Of a stretch of 64,000 bases of DNA, positions 49,309 through 62,829 are shown in pieces. The notes under the pieces are model-generated. The model was not told where the DNA came from. It ran no database searches and saw nothing but the letters and a program-made list of their open reading frames with translations. The stretch spans positions 23,690,401 to 23,754,400 of the forward strand of contig CM120641.1 in NCBI GenBank assembly GCA_051362555.1, given 5' to 3'. The stretch comes from Lingula anatina. Taxonomy: Eukaryota > Animalia > Brachiopoda. Position numbers and translations under genes: made by a program. Position 1 is the first letter of the stretch; each line of letters begins with the position of its first letter.

Positions 49309-52300
49309 TAGTGCTGTTTGCAATTCGAAGTGGTACCAGCAAGTGATTCACAGGCAAAGATGGCAATTTGTTAGCATGAAAATGATTTTGGTTGCATTTC
49401 TGTTTCCCCCCTCCCCTCCCAATGCTCCAATCAATCATGCAAACACTGTACCTAAACTTTTTTTTTATTACATCATTAATGGAAAGGTTTTGGCCCAAAT
49501 AAAAAAAGTTACTAGCAAGTAAACTTTGTTAACATGTATAAGAATTTTACCTAGTAAAGGGTTTAAGGGCTCTAATAGTAAAAAAAAAAAAAAGAAAACA
49601 CATCAACAATTCTTGACTGTACTTGACAAAGAACTTAATAATTTATAGATAGTTGGGTTTAGCACTGGACTTAAGTATTTTACACAAAGGAGAATCAAAG
49701 ACCTACATATTTGATGAAATACAATACAAACTGTTTTCGGTTTATAAATTTGTACTGATAAATTAAAGAGTGTAGAAGCTGTGTATTTATTTGTCTGCTG
49801 TATGTTATGAAAAGAATTATAAAAAAATGATAATGCATTTCAAGACTGGCAGATTTAACATAATAACGTAAAGGAATAATAAATATTAGGTAGTCAAGTG
49901 TGTTAGTTTACAAAACCTCTACTCAGAGCTACATTTTGCGCAAAAAGAAAAATGTAATTATGAAATACTAAAAATCCTTTTGCTAAAATAAGAAATGCTC
50001 TGTTGCATTCAAAGTTTATAAATGGTCAAAAGACAAGACTTTTTTTTTCTACTTTAGTTATGTAGGAGTTGAGCTTTTTGTTTACATTATTGGACATGTC
50101 AGCATTAGAAATATGTACTCAATGAAAATAAAGATGTAAGAATTTAGTTATGTCATTTACAGCTAAAGTAAGCTCTTGAAAAAGCTAGCTGTTGGGGGGT
50201 CTTTTGCCATGTTTCATTGCACCCATACCTAAAAAGTGAACATGTGTACTCGTAATGCAGCTTAATAAGCATTGAAATTAATACTCTCTAAGTTTGTTCC
50301 CATGGATACGCGTCCCATTCCAATGACCTCTTAATTTCTCCCAAAGAGTTTCAGCATGAATCTTTGTCGTTTTAAAAATTGTAGATGTGTTAGTTTGTAT
50401 GCCCAACACTATGGGCATTTTGGAATGGGTAATTACATAGCAGGATTACATGTCATAGATGATATTAGAATGCATTCAGTGCATTTAACAACATTTTGGC
50501 CTTTGATCCAGTGACGAGGACAGGGTTCAGGAGGGTTAAGGCAGGTCAGAATTCCTGAGTTAACTGACGTCAGTGTTAACAAGTAGCCAGTGGGTGTCCA
50601 CTGTGGTTAAGAGAAGACTGGATAGATAATGCAAGAATGTTTTTTTGCTTCATTTGTGGCAAGATGAAACAGCAAATTATTCAAAAGGGACAAAATTATT
50701 GATAATGAGTTTTTGTGTAAAAGTTTTGTTTTTTTTTTGTAAAGTTGAAAAATATTGTTTTCAATTAAAATGGATCTTTGGATACCGCAAATTTGTTAAC
50801 ACCATTAACCCAGAGTTTTTACAGGTCACCATTCTAGAAAATCCTTTTTTCTTCAGAAGTTAGCTTTAAATATTCCAGAAGGTCATCCCAGACTAAGGAA
50901 TTATTCCTTCCTGTGTTTAAAGGCCACCTATGGCTAACTGATATGAAAATGCATCAAATGCCAATTATTATAATGCAATTCTTGGAAACAATATTGCGGA
51001 AATTACTACCCATATTTCATGGATTAATGGACCAAAAGAGTATTTTTAACACAAGTTACAAATGACAGATTTTCTTCTGGAAGGGGGAGGTTCAAAATTT
51101 TTGCATTACTTGCCCAACATCTCAACATCAAATTCAAATCTCAAAAATGAGTTACATTTTAAAAACCATTCTCTTCTCTTGTCATGAGCAGGTGTACTGT
51201 CAGGGAAAAGAAAGAAAAACAAATGAAGTCATGTGTGTTAGGTTATACATCATTAAAATTTTTTCCTTTCATATTTCCCACAAAACATCAATGTTTGTAT
51301 GCTAAAATGCATGATTTGTAATCCTTTGTTAAGTTGATAGTATTCATGGAAACTGAGAACTATATTATGGTGGCACGGCAGGCCACGTGCATATTGAATG
51401 ATATCTGAAAAATCATGAAATTCATTAATGAAATGGTGTTTTCAGTGTAGCATAGGAAGATGCTGTGTGGAATGTTTGTTCTTTTGTCATGTCAGTGGTT
51501 TCTGTTTGCCACTTATATATATATATATGGATGGTATCTAATGACTTTGGTAACATTTTTGGTTGGAGCCGTAAAAGATAATATTAAATCAGTAAAGATA
51601 TTTATAATTAATATGTTGTGCAATAAGACCAGCATATGACAGACTGTGGTTTGTATATGTTTTAGGTATGGGAGAGAAACACACTCACACAGAGAAGTTC
51701 ACCTTGAGTGAATACAAACGTCTGCAGCATCAGATCCACCAGCGTATGATCAAGGAGCAACGTCAAATGCAGAAACAGCTTCAGTTACAGCACCAGCAGC
51801 AGCAACAACAAGGACAACAACAGCTGATCGAACAAGAATCTCATAGTGATGCCTCATCTGACAGTGACAATCCAACGTCCTCCGACTCTGAAGATGAAAC
51901 TGATCTATATTTCTTACAGCCAGTCTCCACACGACAGAGGCGCACACTACTACGACAGTCGGGCATTAAGAAAATTGACAACATGGAGAAGGATGAGTGC
52001 AAGCAGATACGCGTGTCCCGTGAGGTGTGTGGCTGTGACTGCAAGGTGTACTGTGACCCAGAAACATGCGTTTGTAGTCTGGCTGGAATCAAATGCCAGG
52101 TGGATCGTCTTTCCTTTCCATGTGGCTGCACCAAAGATGGCTGTGGCAACCTGGCAGGGAGAATAGAGTTCAATCCTGTGCGGGTGAAAACTCATTTTAT
52201 TCATACTCTGATGAGACTGGAACTGGAAAAGAAAAACAATATGTCACAAGGCTCTGACATATCAGGAGGATGGAGTGAGAAGGAGGAGAATTCACAAGGT

Positions 52301-53485
52301 AGAGACAGCAAGAAAGCTATTGACTTATCACAGTTCAATAGTAATGAAAGAGGGAGCTGTCGGGACTGCCAGAACTCTGCTGTCAATGACATTGTTATGA
52401 GAGATGTACAGCTGAGTACCGGGAATGTGGCTGACTTGGAAGGCTGCATAACCAATACTGACTTTGCTGCATTACATTATGGCAGCGAGGCCCAAATGGA
52501 GGCACCCATGCCCAATGCAGGCAGCTCCGATACCATCCCTAGAGTTATGTTCTTTAACGATAGCAGTGACGAAGAGTTCCATCACAGTGAAAATACCACC
52601 AGCATGCTGTTCCAGCAGAAACCACCAGAAGAGAGCTCGTACTCTGAGAGCAGCGACGGCTCTGAGGGGACATACGAGGATGCTTATCACAACCTGACCT
52701 CCTTCCAGGAGACGGCTGCCAGTCACACAGACGTCATTGCGCTCAACTCTCAGTCAGTTCAAGACAACACACCAGAACACAAATACCTTGAACTGGATGG
52801 GGGATCCACCTCCTTCAAGTTGGAGCCTATCTCAGAAATGCTGAATCCCATCCGCTTCCCTTCCCTGCCTCATTCCAGCAGTCCTAATCACCAACATCGG
52901 CCTTGCTGGACAGAGGGCAGTGAGAGGTCATTCACAGCTGACCCGGTGTCACCAGCAGCTTATGGTGCTAGTAATGCTTATTCCTTGCAGAATGTTTCTT
53001 CTACAGAGAGTTCATTTTTAACAGGGGAGTATGTGCAAGCTACAGGGGGTTCTAGTACAGGGTCATTATATTCATGTAACCCAGGGTATAGTCAAGTTTC
53101 CCACCAAAGGAGTCCTAGTCAGAATGGAGGCGACTATGGGAATGCAGGGAGTGCCATGGCATGCATTTCTAGTGTCACCTCCGAGTTTTCTGTCCAAACT
53201 AACGGCTTTCTTGATTCCATTGACACAAATCCTTTTAGTTCCCATTTTACTAGTAACCAGGCTATCAAAATTGAAGGCCCTGAGACGGATTCTACCTTTG
53301 ACCCACCCCTCCCCACCTCCAGCTCCGCTAGTGGAAGCGCCACTCATAACAACTGCCGTCACCCATCACTGGAGAGTACTCATATGGAGGGAACAAATCA
53401 CAACTTAAATCAGGACCAAAGAGATACTGGGCAAACCTTTGGAGAGATTATAAAAGAATCTATCGTAGAAACTGTATCTGCCTAA
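48477..53485 (+). CDS. CSRNP: Cysteine/serine-rich nuclear protein (CSRNP/Axud1 family)
   Basis: Exons 48477-48606 ([12 protein letters not shown]..., in-frame stop upstream at 48462), 49080-49202 ([35 protein letters not shown]) and 51666-53485 ([67 protein letters not shown]). These are the diagnostic CSRNP motifs. AATAAA at 55667. Confidence 0.95.
48531..48722 (+). repeat. 98-bp tandem duplication spanning the end of CSRNP coding exon 1
   Basis: GAAGACAGTGT(A/G)AACAGCAGTATAGAC at 48537 and 48635. The second copy lacks the GT donor. Confidence 0.85.
49252..49306. repeat. (CT)n microsatellite
   Basis: Direct reading. Confidence 0.95.
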
Positions 53486-56479
53486 GTGAATCATTCTGAA
53501 GACCAAAAAGAGCTGTATTTTAGCACAGCTTTTACGGCACCAGCGAATATTATGTGGATTCCTTACATAATACAGATTTAAGAACATTATATGCCTTTAT
53601 GTAACATTTCTGGAACATTGTTGGCAACTATTTATTTTATTGAAATTTTTTATTGGTAACAACACAGGACATCTGATATACAGCCAGCATTCTCATTTTT
53701 TGCAAGGTTCCTCATTTCCAATTTGTGATTTTTTTTTTGTTCAGACTTTCAAAAATAAGAAAATACAAGGTACCTTTTATTCTCCACCTGTACCCCAAAT
53801 TCATTTTTGCAGCAAAGGGAATTTTTCTCATTAAGGATGAAGATAATTTCTTAATGGTAGTGTTCTTTATGCTATCAATTTTTCTCATGCTGAGGCTCTG
53901 TTAGGTCTGAGCATAAAATCAATAATCAATTTCATAAAAATTCTATCTGTAAGATAAACGAGGGGTAGTTCCATACCTCTGTAGAGTGGGAAAAAAAATC
54001 AATTCTTGCCAATGAGATGTACAAGTATTGCTTTACATTTTCCTCCCATTATTATAGTCTGCCTCAAAGGGCAGCTCGTCCATCAGGAATACATCATAGG
54101 GTGATCTGTTTCTGTCCAATTTATTACCCAATGGAAAGACGGGTCCTTTAAGATGATAACAGTTGGCTAATGGCGCTACTTGTCATCGATAGAAATAATA
54201 CGGTAACTGTTTGTAAAATGGGGGGATGGTAGATAAGAGTTTAATCTAATGGGGTTAATTTATTTAAAAAAAAGGGGGGGGATAGATTGGGATCTGAAAA
54301 TTTTGTCTGATGGTGCTTTTTTGACATAAGTTAAAAAGACCATCTTAATTTGTCATTAATGGTGTTAGTCACAAGTCTTAGGTGTGCAAGTTTTAGGTGA
54401 AAGGTAAAGATCTCAGACTGGTTACATTGTATCAAATGTATTCCTTGGATTTTGTGGATGTATAAGTGTCTTTTCTGATGTGTTGAAATAATATTATTCC
54501 TACACTACACTAAGTGTATGCCAGTGTGAAGCTTTTAGAATGTCATCGCAGTATTCAGTGTTCGATTATTCTGAAAAGCATTGATTCACAAGCAATAAGC
54601 TGGCAAGGTGTTGTAATTGCTGTACATCAATAATGTGAATGTAAAAGAAATGAATACAAATGTCATCTTTATGTGAAGAACATATTCGCTTGCCATATTG
54701 GTGCTCATTTTTGTTCCCCTTGCTTTGTATATTTATGATAAGTTATTATTTTATCTAGTATTAGGCAACTGGATGACAGTTTTTAAACTGGTGTTAGGAG
54801 AGTATTTTTGTCTGTTAAAAGGCATGGCAGCCTTGGCAGTTAGTCAGCTGGTGCAATAAGAATATTATGATATAAAAAATGGCATTGTGAAGTCACCTTA
54901 GGAACATTTTGTTGGTATTTGTGTCCCGATTCCATCATTATTAAAGAAGACTTTCTGGTTATGCTGTAAGGTAATTGGTACATCCATGTTGTAATTATGT
55001 TATTTTTATCATTATTATAAAAGTGTTGCTGATGTCATAAACATTTGGTTTTAGTTGATTAGTCACTTATTTTTTTCTTGCTGCAATAAGTATGGAAAAA
55101 ATTAACAGGTAATAATGTTCAAATAGTGTATCTAAACTTCTTGTTATATTGCTTTAAGCATGGATTGATAAATTAATATTTGCACTGAATTTGTTTACTT
55201 GGATTTTAAAAGTAAACTTTATATTCTATGCTAGTCTATTAAATGGATGCTTCAGTATTTATTGACATATTCTTACATTTTGCAAGGTGCACATTGTTAC
55301 AGGTAGAACTTCAATTTCTGGTGCTCTGGTGTTTCCTTCAAAGTAGCACTGAAGGTTTTATAAAAAAGAAATGTATTTTTGAAATCACATTACTGAAGTA
55401 TATATGGGGAGATAGATCTTTATTATGTAACTTATTGTAAAAGTAATGCTATTAATGGTATTCAGTGTATTATGGTATTTTATGGGGAATTTTTACACCT
55501 ACAGTTTATTGATATATTATGAACAAAGTTCTGGCCTAGGATATATGTTTACAACTGTTCTTGCCTTCAGGAGGTAGAAATCTTAATACCAAAGTTCTCC
55601 CTTTCTAGAAGACTAAAGATGCCATAATATATTGGAAATCTATGTTGTCAGTGTACATTTTTGTGCAATAAATGTACCTGCATGAACTGCTTTGTTGACT
55701 TGGTCTATCTTTTTTCCAATTTCAATCTTTTTGGGATTTTTCTCACCTTAAGGGGTCCTGATCCCCAGGCTTAAAGCAACCAAAACATTTTTCCTACTTT
55801 TTTCTTTCACACAACATTAAATAATGCCTGTATTGAAACTGGCCCATAAAATAGCTGATAAATCATTTGCTTTCAATAAAGACAAAAATGCAAACTGGAT
55901 GACCCAGTTGTCTTCAATCTTTATTTCTTTACTGATCTTTGCATCTTCAAATTGCAAACTTAATCGTGACCACTGAATTAAAACTGTGACTACAGAATGG
56001 GACTGTGTAACATGAATGAAAAGAATTATGGTATTTTTAATGCTGTGCTCCAAGGCCAGTATGAAATGCTGCAAAATAAATGTCTCTGTCGCAATAATAC
56101 TAGGGTTTTGTGTAATTGAATGATCATGGAAAGAGAATGACCTTTAGTAAAAAGAACATCTTGTGCAATTGACAGCAATTTCCCTCAGATTCTACATTTT
56201 AAAAACTGGTCCTGTTTGTATCTTTCTCCAGATAGTTGCCTTTTGACAATTTTGCCAAACAAGTGTTATGAAACAATGACATCCACCATTATTAAACTAA
56301 TTGACTACCACAACTTCCCATAAGGATGACACAAAGTGCTGCGCTCAGAAAATAAACTTGGAATTCTGTTCACCAAAAGGAATGCAATTATGACTAGTAT
56401 GTAAAGGTTTGTGATGCAAGGTTTGACTGTAGCAGATTTCCAAAGATACTCTTTGCCAGGTATACATTCTTTCCTGTAC

Positions 56480-59400
56480 CTATGTTGTTTGTGGGTCCTT
56501 TGTTGACCTGGGTAGGTTCCAAGCCAAAAAGACTGGTCCGTGAAGTATCAGTGACAAGCTAGGACCTGGAGGTTAATAAAAGAAAATGCATACAATGAAA
56601 AACTGAAATGAACTTCACTTCTTTGTATCAGTATAAATCCTAAAATTTTGGCTTTATAACAATTATTGCAATTGCTCCCCAGAATCCCTACTTAATACTG
56701 CCATCACACCAAAAGCCCCCTTTAAACTGGACGTCCTCCTTTCTGCGTCCCGTAGTACTGCCCTGTTTCAGTTTGAGTGCCAAAAAAATTACACTTTACA
56801 TGCCAATAACTGGCTGATCATTGAGCATTCATTCTGCAACCAAAGCAATGTTTGTGCCTCCTTTCTACGACCACAACGATGCCAGTTTCACGGTCACCGA
56901 AAGGACGCAGAAAGGACACTACCCAGTGTAAAGGGGGTTTAAGTAAGCCCCAAGTGCCAATCAAATTTGATCTGATTAAATGGCAATGTCAAGCCAGGCT
57001 ATTCACTTGTCACATTTTCAGACTGGTGTGATACTAGAAATTTAGTGGTAGACGTAAAAAAAAAAATTGTTACTTTTTTAAGTTTTTGTCTGGGTGGGTT
57101 TTAGTCTAGGTGGGTTTAAGCTACACTGCTGCTGTCACACACCTGTGCAAGCTTGACTGAGCTGTAACCATGACTTCATATACTGTACTTGCTCATCTTT
57201 GGTTAGACTGTAGGAATTAACTCCTCGGTCAAAACATGCCTGAAATGACCATACAGCTATTTAGATTATCTCCAAATTAAAAAAATAAAATAAAATGAGA
57301 TTTTTAAAAATATGTATACAGATTTAGGTATATCTGTTAGTGTTAACGTGAAATCTAAATCTTATTATTGCTCTATATTAAATCTGATTAACTATTCTTG
57401 TTCTAGCACACTTATCCAAGATTTTAAACCACAAATTTCTCATCATCCAAATAAAAGTACACCCTAGCAGCATAAGACCATCAGCCTTGTCAATAAGACT
57501 TCTTAGGACAAAGCATAAGATTTTAAACACATTTTTTTACTTAGTCCATAAACCACTCCTTGTTGAACTTAGGTGGGCAAGTAATATCCCTTATCATTAA
57601 TTAACAGATAAATGTCACAAATTAATGTTGCCAAAAAATCATCAAATTTATCACCTCCTGAAGCTCCCAGCCAGCTGTCTGCTACCCTGACACAGTTTTA
57701 AAAACCAATGCTCATGTATGAGTCTTTTTAATTTACTAGATTTTCACAGAATTATGGCAAGAGTCCAGAAAAGAGGATCAAAGACCTAAATACCTTTTAC
57801 CCCAGGAAAATTCATTAAGTAATTCATAAGTATGAGATTTTTACAGAAAAATCTTAGGCTGGACACTTTATATCAGAAAACAGATTAAAAATGCATCTGA
57901 TATAATGGTTATAAGAAATATAGAAGACATGATTATTGACAGTTGAAGTGTAATAAGAGTAATGAGGTCTAAAACTTACATGTACGCAAGGAATCTAAAA
58001 TGATATTTTTGCAAGAGAGTGATAGAGGTGCACAAGGTCTATTGGGCCTTTAACTATGTATCACAATGTTTTGAGAGATTTAAAGCTGATAGCCTGGCTG
58101 TCATTTAAAATAGTAATCTAAGTACAGCCCAACACACACAACAACAGCAATCAACCTTCACATAATTAATAATTACATGTTCGGACCAGTCAAAACCCTG
58201 CAATGCAGATGTGAAAAGGCCTGAATTTCTGAACTATTGGTGTAATCACCTGCTGCAGTTCTGCATTGCTTAGCATATGTATGCCTTCTTTGTGTATTAC
58301 TTGATCAATGTTATGAAGCAGCATAGCATCTTGGATAAGCTTAGCCTTCATTTTTGGCATATCCATGGCATATGCCACATGATACTGAAAATAAAAGATC
58401 AAAAACCACTTCTAATGCATTTTGTTTACCATATCAAAGTACACTTTAATCTGTGTTCATGACACATCTATTAAATATGAAATTGTGAATGTATGAACAC
58501 AAGAACTGGAACAAGCTGATACTTAAACGAACCATTATTATCCACCAAGATAAAGTACCTTCAACTCTCATTACCCAACAGTCATTTAGAAATAAAATTT
58601 GTTTCATATTGGAAACATACACCACAACTACTTTAATACATTTCTTTACACAAGTCTCTGGGTTTGTTGAAACATTTATCATTGAATACCACTTTTTAAT
58701 ACTTGAAAAATGTATCGAAACCCCCAGAACAAACATAATTTTTTAAAAAGATAGGACTTGTGTCAAAGCTTACCAAGTGTGCCATGTTTAAGGACCACAG
58801 GCTCAGTGGTTCGTGTTCAAATAGATGCTTCACTGTCAACAATTCTTCTACAGACACTGAGCTCTCAGGTATCTACAATGTCAAAGTTATTTGGGATGTT
58901 TTGAGAATAGGCATTGCATAATTTTTGCAAAATTAAAACACTCACAGTTTCAGTAATTGTAAAATTTAATATAATTTAATTCATTTAACCAACTTGCTTT
59001 TCAAAAACATTACAATCCTCACTTTCAGTTATTGTTTACAAACACTGAGCTACTTTTTCAATTTTGTTTGGCCATTTACAATACCAATAGTAATTTTAAA
59101 ATCCTTTTTATTGTCATTAATAGCTGAAATTGTTGAAAATTGCTTATAAGTGACAAAATTTATTTCATGCCTTGTTGAGAATATCTAGCAGTTTTTTTCT
59201 TTCTCTTTCATCCTTTAATTTAGAGGCCAGTGTCTTAAGCTTAGCCAATAACTTAGGGAAGTGGTCCACCTTGTGTTTATGTTTAGAAATATCAAACTCT
59301 TGTTGTTGCTCAGCAGTCCAAAATTGTCTACTCAGCAAATGATTGGGGTATTTGTACCTAACAAAAAAGAGAAAAAATCAAATATTTCACTGTAAAATAT

Positions 59401-62400
59401 GCATTTATCTCCATGATATTTATTTAATCTAAAACTTTGACAGGTATTAAACAAGATTTATTTCAAAGTAGGATTTTCGATGAAATTCCAACAGACAAAT
59501 ATTATAGATAGGAACATAACAGAAGTCACTTATTACCAGCAAGACTAGATTTTCAAAATTGCTTTATAACAGTTATTACAGTTTCAGTGAATCATCAATT
59601 TTTTCTCTCATTTATAATTCATTTCAATAAAACTCACGCAACAAAGAAAACTAAATTTCCTACAAATGGCACAGTGCTCACAAGGAGTACAAATCCTACT
59701 TTCCTTAAGTCTTTCGGTACCTAGTGTGTAAATAAAAAAAAAATCTGATTAAGTTTTCAATAATTTATGTATTAAATCATGTATAATTATTATGTGATTC
59801 CCGTGGTGTGTATTCATCCAACATCAGGTTAAATGTCTTTATAAATGAAATATACACTTATTCAAACTGCATCACCATGTTTACAGAGTATTGTGAGATG
59901 TCATATATCTCTTTAGCCTATCTTTAAACTTCAGCCACCATCTTACAGCATGGCCTACATGTACTCCCTGGTGCACATTCCATAAGTGTGAGTTGTGAAA
60001 GCCATGCTGGCTACCTTTTCATTTCAGCCCAGCCAAGTTAAATTACACTTCATCTTTTTTACATATATATATATATATATTTTTAAATATTTCTGAGTGG
60101 CAAGAAGATTGTAATCCCTAAAAGTTTTTAAGATGCAAATTTTAACATTCAAAGTCTTATGAAAATTTGAAAATTTTTCAAACTTAAAGGGATAATAACT
60201 CCTAGAGTAAACAACAATTTTCCCATACTTACCAATGGTTAATGAATCCATTTTTACATTCAAAGTTAGCCCCTGTTTTTTTTTTTCTAAAAAGTTTGGT
60301 TTTTTTTTGTTAAAATCTCTTATGAGATTATAACAGAGTACAGCCATCAATGGAGGTCACGTGGTCTGAAGACAGGCTAAGTTATCAGAATAATAGCTAT
60401 AAGTGCCGTTTTTCTTGTACGACAGAATATATTATATTTCTATGAGTTGTTCACAATGTTTTTATTGTGAAATATAGATCTCATACGAAGAGTTATTATC
60501 CCTTTAATAATTCATGTGAGAGGGGCCATTGTCTTCGTTGGGAGATAAATAATTAAGCGAGTTCTGTTACATGTATATCCATGTCAGGTTAGTTTACAAG
60601 ATTTGTTTTCAAGAGGCATATTTTTATATTCCTTATCGTCAATATATCTTATACTGCAAAGGATCTACATTAGCATAACAGAAGATTGGGTGACGCTGGA
60701 TGTTTGATTTAGCCAAATCTTTCACCAAATGTATATTAAATTGATATTAAATGATCACCTATTTCAAATACTCTTTAATGATATTTAATTGTATTTAAAT
60801 TCCTGTTCAGCAGAAGAAAATTATCAAAAGAGTTGAGCAAAATGCATTCATAATCCCACCTGTCTGTAGGCCATCAGTTGTTCCCTGTTTAATGAACTAT
60901 AATCTACCATACCCTTTCTCATGTTATATAGCTCATAGACTGCACCGCTATACACCTTCATGTCTGCCAGTAAACTCTCTATTCCTTCAACACAAAAATA
61001 AAGAAAGAGTAAAAGGTAAGGGTGTGTTCACAATGAAGCTATTGTACTTGCTAATGGGCACTACTGGTAATACCACAGGGACTCTCACTAAAAGGAATCA
61101 GATTAATGTTCATGAGTACACTCCATGAACACTATACCCATGAACACATTTACTGATTTTCACATATTATGTAGATGTTAAAAAGACTTAAAAAAGAAAT
61201 TTTACACTGATATCTCAATGAGTTTCAGGGTTACGGCATTCCAAAGATGTGTCCAGCCTAAGATTTGCTGTGATTCAAATACATCTGTTGGCATGCAGGT
61301 CAAAGTGACCTACTCATGTATTACAAATCATGCTCTAAAACACAAGTATCCTATTGCTGTATATGACTTGGCTTTCATATTCTTTTGGGGAGGAATCCAA
61401 CTATCACATGGAAAATGTTGTATCGCATATTCAAAATGCATTAATTGTCTTTTTGAGTATAAATTTGGGTGCGTGACAGTAATCATAGAATCAGTGCTCA
61501 TAGAACTGCTCATATACCATACAAATTTTTACTTGTATCATGCATCATTATTTTTGTCTACAAAATACACCAATCCATTTAATTGTTTCACTTCATAGTT
61601 CAAAGGTAATTCTTTTAAATGACATAAAACACATATAAATATATATCCAGAGGGAGAAATCAAGAAAAATTCGATTAAAAAGAAGGAGTGTCCTTAATCC
61701 TGGAAAAATGACACCAATTCTCAAAAGTTAAAATTTATGCATTTTAAATAAAATTTTCTAGTCTGGATGAACAGTGAACGAGCTTCTAACATGTTTTTTG
61801 TGTTTACCTTTCTTGGATACAGCATATACTTGATATAATTTTGGATACTTCTTCTCCAAATTTGAAATCAATTTCAGGTAGTTCTTAGCTATAGACTTGC
61901 GTATGATACCAGGTTTTTTAACGATGTCTTTCTTCTTTTTGAAATCATTCTCTTTATTTTCTTTTCTGAAAGGCAATCAAAGAAAATTGTATATTTTAAC
62001 TTTTAAATGACCTGTTAAGTTTACTGGAAGACAAATAAGTTCCCAAGATGTTCTACTTCTAATTTATTGCTCAGCTGAAGTTATGTTATCTTTAATATCT
62101 TGTTTTCAATTCACCATCACATTTGTTGAATCAATGACACCACGAAAGTTGAAGCTGAGGTTAATCTTGAAAGGTGAATTTTTGGTACTTTTGCAGTGTC
62201 CTCTATCACCTCAACCCACCTTAGTGGTAATTTCAATGGTAATAAAATTAAGGTTAAGTGTTAATTTTGCTCAATGCCTCTGCTATTTAAATATATGTTT
62301 GGATATTTACTTCTTAGGTTTTCATCTTTTTCCGTTAAACTTTCAAGCTCATTGATCAATGAGATTACAGCAAAATTTCTTTTCTGCATTGGTATTGACT

Positions 62401-62829
62401 GTCATGATTACATTCCAATCGACATCAAGTTCATTGTAAAAATAAACAAATATAAGTAAATGGATTGCCAAACTAGTTTATATGAATAGCTGAGATATGC
62501 TCAAAGGCACCACATAACTAAATTTAGAAAAATTATGAAAAACCAAATCACAATTCAGGTAGAGAGAATATATTACAATAAAGGTACTAGCATTAGTAAG
62601 AGGATATGTTTGGCAAGTTAAACAAGGAAAATTAAAAATAGGAACATTTATGATCCAACTAATGAACATTTTTCTCATTTACAAAAGAAGAGGAACTTTA
62701 CCCATCATTGTGAAATTGTCGCCCTTTCAAGCCTGAAGTATGTGAAATTATTGCTCGTAAAAAAAGCTTGTCGTAAACGAACGATTTCCGAAAACATCTA
62801 ACACAAATTTGCACCCTGTTCCCAGCCAT
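56480..62829 (-). CDS. LETMD1: LETM1 domain-containing protein 1 (mitochondrial)
   Basis: Exons: 62702-62829 (basic presequence-like), ~61808-61965 (LEKKYPKLYQVY), ~60860-60984, ~59638-59720 (VSTVPFVGNLVFFVA), 59171-~59357 (YPNHLLSRQFWTAEQQ), ~58774-58872, ~58250-58384 (LLHNIDQVIHKEGI...LSNAELQQ), ~57143-57240 (ACFDRGVN...WLQLS), 56480-56565. Motif order and exon breaks match LETMD1 as known. Confidence 0.88.
56713..56940. mobile_element. MITE in the last intron of LETMD1
   Basis: Imperfect TIR: AAGCCCCCTTTAAACTGG...TCCTTTCTGCGTCC versus GGACGCAGAAAGGA...CCAGTGTAAAGGGGGTTT. Confidence 0.7.

Noticed and set aside
51750-53408. Overlapping and antisense ORFs within the CSRNP exon
   Set aside because: Expected shadows of a long, GC-richer coding exon; no motifs.
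62250-62390. Minus-strand frame resembling LETMD1 exon 2 (LRSKYPNIY versus LEKKYPKLY)
   Set aside because: Similarity is too short, the splice phase is incompatible and the frame ends in a stop without a donor.
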